Below, one piece after another: positions 22,901 to 33,000 of a stretch of 33,000 bases of DNA (its first letter is position 1; every line of letters starts with the position of its first letter). The position numbers were made by a program, and so were the translations under genes. The stretch is taken from positions 11,439,001 through 11,472,000 of the forward strand of contig OZ365110.1 of the NCBI GenBank assembly GCA_977030845.1, in the 5' to 3' direction. This stretch comes from Fimbriosthenelais zetlandica. Taxonomy: Eukaryota. The notes under the pieces were generated by a model that was not told the DNA's origin, searched no databases, and saw nothing but the letters and a program-made list of their open reading frames with translations.

Positions 22901-24594
22901 ACATATACACCCGTAGTCGGGGCTGGCTTAGCTTGGCTTCCATGTGTGGCATTTTAAATGCGTGTGACATGTGGGGCGAAACACAGCAACACCAGGGAGA
23001 TAGTGATAAAGTTTCAACCACCAGTTCCTAACACAAAATATATGAGATAGAAAGTGGAATTAATGTAGACTGTAAAAAATGTAATTACAGACTTAGAAGT
23101 TATTATGACAATCTGGTATGCTGGGTTTTTTATCATCATTTTTTCTCACAAGTGTATGACCAAAGCGATTATTATGCACTTAGGCTATCCTTTTCCATTT
23201 TTTTATTAGCTTTTGCAACACAAATTTAGGTATTATCAGTATCTACCAGGAAAGTATAATTTTAAATATTGTGGACAAGCAAAATTTGACATACATTGTA
23301 TTGTGGACAAGCACTTAAATTGTTATGTGCGTTGAAGAATGTGGCTTCCTACTGCATTTAGATGATGACCATCATGCCAATCTTTTCTCCCTGTACATTG
23401 GATGCTAAATATATTGTCCATTACCGCCTATATAAGCCCCCATTCAATGGATCTCATTAGCTATGGGCAATGGTTTGACATTTGCCAGGCCAGAGCCTTG
23501 CTTGATAACCATTCAGTGAAGTTACACACTGTAAAGATTTGTCAATACGGTTATGGCCTGCAGCTAGCAGAAGCTGTCAGAAACTTGCCTCGTCTTAAGT
23601 GAACTCATTCATGGCGTGTAGACTGAGGGGTTATTTTGGACAAGAAGTCCGGAGTCTTGAGTCGATAGGAAAGATGGACGGAGCAATCGTGTTCTTTCAT
23701 AGGCTCTTTTGTCTGTTGTCAATAGCACAATACCACGGAGGCAGGACTTCATAAGCTCTCTGTGAGTGGCGGTAAAGTGGGCGGGGCTCTGATCCCTATC
23801 CCACGCTCTACTGGTGCTCTGTGGAAGGAGCCTGGGATGGGGAACCAATTGATGCACACATACGTTTGGCCACTTTCCTCTGATCCTTCATGGGAGTAAT
23901 GGTCTTATGAGGGTGACTGTTGGGGGTAACAGGGAATAAAGCCATACTTGCTTGTTGCGGGCTCGCAGTCTGGGAGGGATTTGGGTACCAAGCTTCGCTC
24001 CATTTCCCTGCTCCTTCCCATGATTGCATAATGCCAGCCAAGCAGGCTTAACGCGGATCTCTTTACATGGAATCCTTCTATAGCAAATTACCTTAACATA
24101 TACACCAATTTCATGCCTAGATACTGCAGACAAGGGTCGCTCATTGATTGCATGTGATGAAAAATCTGTATGATATAAGACAAAAAAGTAGCTGTACTGC
24201 ATCATGGTGAAACTGAACAGAACATATCCTTCTAAAAAAATTCTTGACTAAGAAGTACTATTTTACTAGCAAAAAGATATTTTTTTCTTTTTCATAATTA
24301 TTATGCGAGTTTATCAGTAATAAACACGGCTTTCACTAAAATATTATTATGACTTTACGTTTATTCCTAATTACTAATTCATCTACTTTGAAATTATAAA
24401 TTTATCGTATTGGAATAAGGTTTCCAATTTGGTTTCAAACTAATACATTGCTATGTAAATTTCCTCTCTAAATATGGGAAATGTCATGCCCATTCCATCC
24501 TGTCTTGATAGGTTATGAGTGCTCCAATAATGTCCATTTTCCTCATTTTTCTCCATAAATGTCTGAAATGGGTGACAACACATGCGACCCATAT

Positions 24595-24953
24595 CCGGCC
24601 TGACCTACTTTCTCAAACCTAACCTGCTTCTGACAAAACTTACTGCATCCAGTCAGGGTTCAAGATAAGGTCACTTTCACAAGTAGGTCACTGGTCAGCA
24701 TGGGCCATGGTCAAAAGTAGGTCATGGGTCAGCCTGGCCTACTTCCTCAAATCTGACCTACTTTCTCAAACCTAACCTACTTCTGACAAAACTTACTGCA
24801 TTCAGTCAGGGTTCAAGATAAGGTCACTTTCACAAGTAGGTCATTGGTTAGCATGGGCCGTGGTAAAAAGTAGGTCATGGGTCAGCCTGGCCTACTTCAA
24901 GATAAAGTCAGGGGTCAAGATTAGATCATGGTCAAAAGTAGGTCACGGCCCGG
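24595..24953. mobile_element. TIR-bounded element with an internal 153-bp tandem duplication and repeated AAGTAGGTCA motifs
   Basis: Left CCGGCCTGACCTACTTT; right reverse complement CCGGGCCGTGACCTACTTT. Repeat units start at 24600 and 24753. No clear TSD. Confidence 0.75.
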
Positions 24954-26080
24954 CTAGTCATAATAATATTATAGTAGTATGAGCATTAACAATATACAAC
25001 ATGTGCCTTCATTTGGAATAGGAATCCTTCCAGCAAAAATACAAATAATTGCATATAATGAAAATACTTGTCAATGACATGTTGGGGGTTTCTTAAATAG
25101 TTTTAGAAAATAGCTATTGAGAAATGAGCCAGTTAAATACCCAGAGAGCACATACACTAATAAATTATGTTGTAGCGTGAACATAAATCATAGCTGAAAT
25201 GTGGTCGATGTGGTGGGATAAAAATTTGCATGTAGTATGAAAGAGATAATGCGATGCAGATTGAAGAAAGCCTTCGCTACTGCAAAAAAAAACTTTAAAG
25301 ATTTATGTATAAACAAGATTTAAATCACTTGCCTGGATGTCATCTTCCCGTATAGTAATGAACTTCCCTTTTACTCAGTGACAGATAGAAATCAAGATAA
25401 AGATAGTGTCATGCACTTGCTTGATTATAGACGTAAAGATTAATCTATTAAGTGGCTGATACTTGGTATGCTGTAAAACAGCCTTTCATAACTTCAGATA
25501 TCAATAAATCTAATTATAATGCTAATCAACTAGATGGTAGTATAGGTGGAAGTGGGAGGAACTTGGGGGTGAATAAAGAATTCATAAATCAGGGTCTCAT
25601 TTCCAACGGAAAGGTACAAAAATGTTATGTTTAAACAGCCTATTCTCCATTCCAAAATGCCATTGATGAAATTTGGAAAATGTAAAAGAAAAGGTCATGT
25701 AAAAACATACTTTTAACTGTATAGCATCTGGCCTAATTTGTTAATATAGCAGGGATTTCCATCCTCCATTTTGAAACAGGCCCCGTATACTATATCGATT
25801 CCTTAAGGGAAGCATATGGGTAAAAAGGACGCTAAATCATTGGTATATTCCCTGTTCAGTGCAGGTTTTCTTAATGAATCATTATATGGCAACAAGCGAC
25901 TGAGCACAATGGCCTGCCTTCCAAGCTAATGATGTGAATCGAGATTGGTAATTAAGACCCAGCCAACTGCTTATTTAGATTAGGTGTGAATGGCATGAAG
26001 CAAGGTATGCTATTAGATCATTGTCCATAAATTTATATTACAAGAGATCATTATAAATTCCTAATTAAACATTTAACTGA

Positions 26081-26740
26081 AGTCTAGAATTTGATGCTGG
26101 GTTTTCTAGTTCGGTTCAAGAAAATACAAACACTTTAACTTTTGTCAACACAATGAACCCAAAACACTGTAACATGTTCAAAACCTTAAAAGACAACATG
26201 ACCATCATGGAAAACAATGACATTATGAAACAGATTATGAACAACACAACATTTATTAATGGCAAGAGGCAAACCCCCAATCTTAAAAAACTACTAACTA
26301 GGGCGAAGTTTGAGAACACCTGCCAAACTGTAGGTGTTACTAAATGTGGTCAAGCAAGATGCCTTGCATGTAAATATATCATAGAAGGCGAATCATTTAA
26401 TTTCCATGAAGCTAATTTCAACTTCAAAGTACAGTCAGCACTTAACTGTAACTCAAGCAATGTATTATATGTCCTAATTTGCCAAGGTTGTAAACAATAT
26501 TACATTGGTAAGACTAAAACTGCTCTGAGATTTAGACTGAATAACCACAGATCTCACGTAAACAACCCACAAAATGCTATTCTTTATTGTAGTCGCCATT
26601 TTGCTGCATGTGCCTCTCAACATGAAATTAAAATGAGAGTCATGCCATTTTATCAAGTCCATTCGTCAAATGATGACCTATTAACTGTCAAAGAACATTA
26701 TTTCATTGAAAAGCTAAAACCAAGCCTAAACAGGGAATAA
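26081..26740 (+). CDS. C-terminal linker plus GIY-YIG endonuclease of a Penelope-like element (partial; frame open from 26081, first ATG at 26153)
   Basis: Linker LTFVNTMNP; Cys cluster KCGQARCLAC; NVLYVLICQGCKQYYIGKT (GIY-YIG); LRFRLNNHRSH; SRHF; conserved Glu in VKEHYFIEKLKPSLN. No internal stops. Confidence 0.88.
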   Translation, partial: SLEFDAGFSSSVQENTNTLTFVNTMNPKHCNMFKTLKDNMTIMENNDIMKQIMNNTTFINGKRQTPNLKKLLTRAKFENTCQTVGVTKCGQARCLACKYIIEGESFNFHEANFNFKVQSALNCNSSNVLYVLICQGCKQYYIGKTKTALRFRLNNHRSHVNNPQNAILYCSRHFAACASQHEIKMRVMPFYQVHSSNDDLLTVKEHYFIEKLKPSLNRE

Positions 26741-26879
26741 TAACGAAGCCAGTAACTATAGCTTCCTGGGCTATGACGCCCCATTGTAGCTTTCTAACAT
26801 GTAAAAATGAACTATATGTCAAAGCCTGTATATTACAATGTGTATATATATGTAATTTATTTCATACTTTAGCAGAAAC

Positions 26880-26918
26880 TGGTGTGATGATCGCTTGAAA
26901 GCGAGAAAGTACTTCCAC
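26880..26918 (+). ncRNA. Minimal hammerhead ribozyme-like motif in the Penelope 3' region (non-canonical G at position 3)
   Basis: GTGATGA (26884-26890), stem II TCGCT-TGAA-AGCGA (26891-26904), GAAA (26905-26908), palindromic AAGTACTT stem III. Stem I is only about 3 bp. Confidence 0.55.
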
Positions 26919-26958
26919 ATTAAATAATGAAAAGCACATTTTTGCCATTCATTTTTTG

Positions 26959-26978
26959 ATATATATATATATATATAT
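26959..26978. repeat. (AT)10 microsatellite
   Basis: Direct read. Confidence 0.95.
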
Positions 26979-29900
26979 ACAGTCATATACATGTAGCTGC
27001 ATGACAGGCTTTCAACAATAATGGTTGCCCTCTGGTACGTCCGATGTCCATCTGGATTCTGTCACGGATTTGCCAACTGTAACAGTATCAGGGAATGATT
27101 TAATGATCACTGAGATATAGTTCTGTGTCAATTAAATTTATTGAACCAAACGGCCGCTTCTTTTATTTCGAAATCTATATAAGGCAGGACATACAAATTA
27201 TTTCGTCAAATGTTCCTATATAGTACATGGCAAGCTGATGTGCAAACATCAAGGAGTCTCAAATGGACGGCACATGAGCCAGTCACAGACCCTCGCTATA
27301 ATTGTATAAAGGATCTATGACTCATGGCTTTCAGTGATTGCAGCAAGATGTCCACTGGGTCCTGCCCCATAAATATACTCTCTCAAACTTCAGATTGGGT
27401 TACATTCCATCGGCCAAGGGGCCGAGGTCCAATTGTGTTAGCCAGATTAGTGCCATATGCACTGGGATTAACAGGGCTCATCTTATTTCTTGGGTAAAGG
27501 CATTTCAATCCTATTTAAGTCACCTGATAGCCGGTGCTAGCTTTACGAAGCGCTACATGTAGAGGAAACCAAATCATTACCTTAAATTATGCTTATTCGG
27601 ATATTACCAAATTTTGCAGCTGTATATGACAGCACATAATATTATATAGCTGCTGATTTGGGGTTAGGCCTAACATAAGCAAAATTATCAAAGTTTATCA
27701 AAATTTTAGATTTCGAAGTACAGTATTGCAATCGCGATTGGGTAATTTTGATCCTCAACACGAAAATATTGTAAGGGTGAAACCTTGCATGCACAGCTTA
27801 TCAGAAACACAGATTTTCAAGATAAAAAGAGAAAGATGAGAGGACGTTGTAATTTGTAAAGCATTGCTGCATGCTAATTCTATCATGGAGGCTGATGTCC
27901 TGGGGCTGGCAGGGAGAAAGCTTAACCCCAAAATTCCCTTTCCCCCTTCGCATCATAATTTTATGCATAATCATTTTCTCAGCTCATCAGATATCTAAGG
28001 TATTATTTCTCGGTGGATAAGGCACATAGGACTTTGCACCATAGAGATCGCTGTGCACTTCAGTCCCGCGACGGAAAGTAATCTACTCTGCAGGTGCATT
28101 GTCGTACTGCAGGATCTGCTGATGAAGAGAATATAATTCTGCAGCAAACTGTTGATTGCTGTCACTGCGACATCCAGGGTCAAAGGGCAACGAGGAGGAA
28201 ACACGCTGTGGGCCTTCCTTCCCCTTCTTATTGATTGGAAACAATCTTGTTTCTATAGAATCTATATCCCTACAATTTTATCTGATTGCAAAGGTCCTGC
28301 CAGGCGACAAACAATGCGACGCAGAGGCGATATTTCAGATCAAGATGGGTCAAATATTGTCACATGCGTCGATGTTCACAGGAGCGCTCTGCAGCTTGGA
28401 ATTTCTTTATAATTTCCATTTCTATTTTAAACATTTACATCACTACGAAACATCTTGAATGTTTTGGGGCCCATCTCAGAAAAACGAAGGTCTTGAGAAG
28501 ACAGTGGGAACCTATTAACTCTGACGACATATAGTTAGCAGCACTACGCAGAGAAGAAAAATAACAATATATTTTAAAGCATGTTTTGAGAATTGAACCA
28601 GAAATCTCCCGCATAATATCTAGATAGTGTAACTCTCTACTGACATGAGCCATGAAGCAAGCCCCGGCTTTTGAATCAAACCCATGGTATGTACTCCTAT
28701 AGATGTCACTATCATATGGACATAAAAAATGAATAAAGAAGTAGTGAGCAACCAGGGAATGTTTTTATGTGAGGTCATATAAAGGTAGAAATTTGGTGAC
28801 AGAAGACATTCAGGCAGTGTAAAGGTCATTCGTGACATGCAAGAAAGCATTCAAGAAACATGGGGAAATCCTCTTTTCCACACACCCACACTGCATGGTA
28901 TTACCTTGTAGAGTCAGGATTTCAGAATTTTAAAATGCAATGCATTATTAATATGATATTCATGAACACTCTTTATGTCTATGATACATTTCAACAAAAC
29001 TCGAATTTAGTTTACAATATCTGAGATTATTCATCGACCTATATATGTTGATGGTTTGTTTCAATAATTCCCTTCCTACTTTAAATAAATGATTTACAAC
29101 TTGTCAACACTGCTGTAATCTGAAGCTTTATATCTCATATTCTGTTTGTAGTCTTCTGCCGGGCCCTATCCACCATAATAGCAGCCTGAGTAACGTGATG
29201 ACAACTGAGTCATACTAGATCAACACCCGATGTGTATTCTCCTCCAAGGATGTCAAGGGAGATATTGGACAAGACAAACAGACCAGACTGGTCCATCATC
29301 TCCACGTGCTTTCTTATCACTGAGAGGGCTTGATGAATCATGACGAAAGATGTGGAAATGCTTGATCAGTGAAATCAAACACGAGCGCCATACCTTCTCT
29401 CTAATACGGCGGGAAGCAGGCGTGAGAAAAATGAGACATCACAATTAGTTACGTGACGTTCGGACATGCTGAACGTTGATTAATCATAGCAACAATATTG
29501 ACAGTTCCCAGGCAAATTATTTAATTGAACATCTTTAAGTTTAAATCGGATTTCTGTTTGGGAAGTTTTCTCTTCATTTATTCCAATTGTTGTCCAATCG
29601 ACAAACTATTTGCTCCATATCTTTGTGAAATATTTTCCGCTATAGTTAAAAGTAATTTATGCAAGCCATAAACAGTCTATTTAAATTAAAAAAATGTGCT
29701 GAACAGGCTCTATAAAAATTCTAACAGTAAACATAATATTATAGATATATAATTATGAAGGATTGGTCCTCCGTGCATGATACTTTCTATGTTAATCAAT
29801 TTAACATGCACGCTAACATTAAATGAGACCAAAATGGAGAGTAAGTTCTGCACCCCATGGTAAGAATATACAAAAATAAACATAGACCTGGCAAAATGTT

Positions 29901-30229
29901 GTTGATATTGGTTTGGTTACAAGCTGCTGAGTACAGATCAAGCCTTTCATAGGCTCATTATCTACAGAATGTGAAGAAGCATTAAGTCTCACATTCTATG
30001 AGGATTAGATCGGCAGGTGTGGGTAGGGATTATCCCTGATACCAGACAATAGTAAATGAGATGGACTTGTTCTACAACACAACCCTTTTATAGGACTACT
30101 CTCAATCTAATCATGGCTTGAGTATCTACAATTGTGCACCTGGAATTGCCAATAAAAGACAATGAGGCAAGAATTCGAATTAACGGGTTATTAACTGATG
30201 GATAGAAGGATGGATCGATGGACTGCTGA

Positions 30230-30365
30230 ATGATTATACTGACGGAAGGAGGACACACAGTAAAGATAGAAACAAGACAGCTGATATAGGAAGGAAGGAT
30301 ATATATAAGGAAAGGAGGAAGGATGGAAGTATTTAAGGTAAGGAGGAAGGAAGGAAGGAAAAGCA
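30230..30365 (+). repeat. Purine-rich low-complexity tract ((GGAA)n-like)
   Basis: Repeated GGAA/AGGA units. Explains the low-complexity ORF 30088..30366. Confidence 0.8.
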
Positions 30366-30949
30366 AGGGGCTAATTCGACTGAAGTACTAAAGATGGAAA
30401 CAATTAGCGAGAAAAAGATCAAAGAAACGAACAATAATCTATAGATTTATCGAAGGTTCATCAACGGACAGAACAAGCCATAAAGTTGACATATCATAAT
30501 TCGTGAATGCCAATGCTATTTGTCTCAATTTACTTGGGATTCAGACTGATACTATAGCTCCAAAGTCTAACATTTACTAACACATGCAGATGACCGATTT
30601 TGTAAGCACATGCCGATACATTATTCACTCTTGTAAAGGGAAATCGCAAAGCTGTCTTTAGTCCATCAAAGTCTCTGAGGATCTACATTTTAACTGTATG
30701 CCCAGGTTGCTAAGTCTAAAATTATAACAGACTATAGGCCTAATAGTTCTTCATAATCTATAGTTAAAACTCCTTGAGAACTACAATGTATACATGCAGA
30801 ACTTGAACGTGCACTTCATCAAGACAAAAGCTCCCCATGATCTTACAAAGACCCATTAGGTAACAAAGACGTGCATGGATTGCCACGGCACTCTCGATTG
30901 ACACTGATGAATTTAGTCTCAGCTTTGACGAATGGACTCCAAACTGGTA

Positions 30950-31520
30950 AAGAAACAAAAGCTTATCCTCTCTAAACACCCTCTGACTTGTGGCTCTGGA
31001 ACTAGCCAACGAGAAGACGTGCCGAGCCTGTATAAGTCTTGAACACTCATGTTTTTGTCATGGGTTTCATTAGATTCATAAGGATGGGGACAATAGGAGC
31101 CGAGGCAGGGATGGATAGGAGGGGTAAGACCTAGATAAATTGTTCTGGTTCAGCGTTGTCAGACAAGTGGAGAGGATCAAAGCATTTTCGGCCATTCCAT
31201 GGCCTTCTGAGTGAGTCAATTTAAAATGTTTCCTTTGTTGGGGAAAGTCCAGAGCAGGCGTGGAAGAGCTGACTGAAGGAAGACGAGGAGGAGAAGAGGT
31301 TGTGGCGGGTGGGGTAAGAAAGGCGAAAGGTGAAATCCTGCTCGGACAAGCGCTGATAGATACAAAGCTATCCAAATGGGTTCAGGAAGACCCATGGCTT
31401 CAACATCAAGGCTTGGGGGGTCTTGGCGTTTCAGGCTTCTGCCCTGAATTAAGGGACGGCAGCCAGGGAAACTGCTCACAAGGGTCAGATGAATTGTGGA
31501 AGATCCACGGGACATTTCTA
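30950..31520 (-). pseudogene. Possible second decayed DIRS-type RT N-terminal fragment
   Basis: Minus-strand W..LVRAGFHLSPFLPHPP..QSAL..ILN*LTQKAME..SSPLV resembles the GYxIPFxxxPP..NxxSA..LLxKGAIE..SP N-terminal region of DIRS RTs. No catalytic YLDD seen. Confidence 0.25.
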
Positions 31521-31623
31521 TATCAAAACGTCTGAGAGGAAAAGGTGGGGAATATCACATTTGACTAAGGGCTGATAGTGACCTCCGGTGGTGTTTGCAG
31601 TGATTATTGCTACCAAAACCGGT

Positions 31624-32060
31624 CAATAGAGGCAATTCCAGATAGCAATTATAGTTTCCCCACTTGACACCAGTCATGTCAGTGGCGCTGTAAGGAATCA
31701 CCTATATTTCCGCTTCCGGTTTCTCCCCAGTCAAAGTGTATGAGGCCTCATAGGAAGGGTACCCAAGAACAGTGATATAAATAATACGGCTGATTTAAAG
31801 GATTTCCCTGTGTGATTATTGTGGGAAGGACTGAATGTAAAAGGCATATATTATTATCATCCACTGAAAAGTGGAAATGGGACAAATACACCTTTAGGAA
31901 AGGTTTTTTTTAACCGTTTGTGTATTCCTCGCTTCCTACCTATGGCAATACACATAAACCGGAAGTAGGCATGATTCCATCTGAACTTCCGTTGGAGGTT
32001 TGTCTTCATACACTAGGTGGCAGGGCAATCGATTTTGGCTATCTGGAATTGCCTCTATTG
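31624..32060. mobile_element. 437-bp MITE with a perfect 23-bp TIR (CAATAGAGGCAATTCCAGATAGC)
   Basis: 31624-31646 is the exact reverse complement of 32038-32060. Inverted internal CTTCCGGTTT / AAACCGGAAG. No clear TSD. Confidence 0.9.
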
Positions 32061-32166
32061 CTGGGACCACAATGATCGTTCTGACTGGTGGCGGGTTAGA
32101 TTCTTATGTAACTCAATGACTAAAGCAAATAAAACACCCACTTCCTATGGGCTGGTATAATACCTG

Positions 32167-32334
32167 GGACCCATTTTACTAAGCCCACGAGGCCAAACGA
32201 CCCCTCGTATAAGCATTTCCATTGTACCATCGTTGACAAAGCTTTTTGTTGACAGCTAAGATTGTTAATGATGGTACAATGGAAATGCTTATACGAGGGG
32301 TCGTTGGAACTCGTGGGCTTCGTAAAATGCGGCC
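32167..32334. mobile_element. Nearly fully palindromic MITE (family C), ~73-bp arms around a ~22-bp spacer
   Basis: Left GGACCCATTTTACTAAGCCCACGAG..CCATTGTACCATCGTTGACAA versus right reverse complement GGCCGCATTTTACGAAGCCCACGAG..CCATTGTACCATCATTAACAA. Flanked by CTG and CAG. Confidence 0.88.
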
Positions 32335-33000
32335 CAGACCCATTAGAAAAACTCGGCCTTGGCCGAGTGAGGGCTCTATCCACTGCTCAAGGATATACTC
32401 TCGTGGTGTTTTGGGATGTGTGCGTTGACACAGAATCTCATCTATGCAAAATACAGGTGGTTGTACAAAACAGGTGCATGGTTTTACAATGGCCTGATTT
32501 ACAATGGTCGAAAGGTGTAATCCTTGTGCTGTATTTCAGATGCATGCATTAATTTTCTTTTTTGGTTGACTACTTTTTGAATGCAAAACGGCACAAGAGA
32601 TATGCATAATATAAATACATGTATATAGTAACTCCTATAGCAATTTTTAATATGATACTTGTTTATCCGAATGCTGAGAGTCCTCCATTTTAACCTGGCT
32701 GTTTAAGTTTGCTACAGAGACAAAAAAATACTTAGCCCTGCATTAAAAAGAGCGACTTCCCATTCAGTTCCTCTGATTCAGTTGGATGAATGTTATTTGA
32801 GCCTATCAAAGTAAAAAGCTGCAAGGCTTGCCATGAGGCTTCACCAATATTGGTTGAAATAAGTGGAAGCGATAAGAATAATGGGAAGGGACATCTACCC
32901 AGGGGAGTGACACAATTAACAGAGGCTACCATATCTCCTCAGCATCCCTCATCCATAGACAAACGACAGGAATCTCCAGGGGCTCGGTGTAAAAAACCAA

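Larger units (their letters stand above)
26081..26978 (+). mobile_element. 5'-truncated Penelope-like retroelement (Neptune-like GIY-YIG end plus 3' UTR/pLTR-like region) ending at (AT)10
   Basis: GIY-YIG ORF, downstream hammerhead-like motif and a terminal microsatellite. The RT core is absent. Confidence 0.8.

Noticed and set aside
23600-24205. Overlapping minus-strand ORFs with WLYSLLPP resembling the DIRS MT-like YAFPP motif
   Set aside because: One weak motif with no colinear RNase H or recombinase motifs found.
29330-29355. TTGATGA-ATCATGAC-GAAAGATGTG hammerhead-like string
   Set aside because: Four core or stem positions deviate from consensus and no stem I is evident.

Overview
AT-rich eukaryotic non-coding DNA. 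I found no supportable host exon, tRNA, rRNA or CRISPR array. The repeat style and an excess of the palindrome TAGGCCTA suggest a marine invertebrate, possibly an echinoderm or hemichordate (inference). The window is a transposon patchwork. It holds more than 15 MITE or non-autonomous DNA elements defined by terminal inverted repeats (TIRs), several with target-site duplications (TSDs). These include two nested elements that each have a 5-bp TSD and a 1.35-kb Harbinger-type element filled with AACAGTG arrays. There is also a heavily decayed ~4.6-kb DIRS-order retrotransposon on the minus strand and a 5'-truncated Penelope-like element with an uninterrupted GIY-YIG frame, a 3' hammerhead-like motif and an (AT)10 tail. 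The most unusual observations are: (1) a hammerhead ribozyme core at 301-437 whose stem II encloses a ~103-nt structured, possibly double-pseudoknotted insert; (2) a TIR element at 24.6-24.95 kb with seven exact AAGTAGGTCA motifs, which match the ROR/Rev-erb element; (3) the Myb-core arrays inside the Harbinger-type element. All calls come from reading and hand translation; no database searches or folding programs were run.
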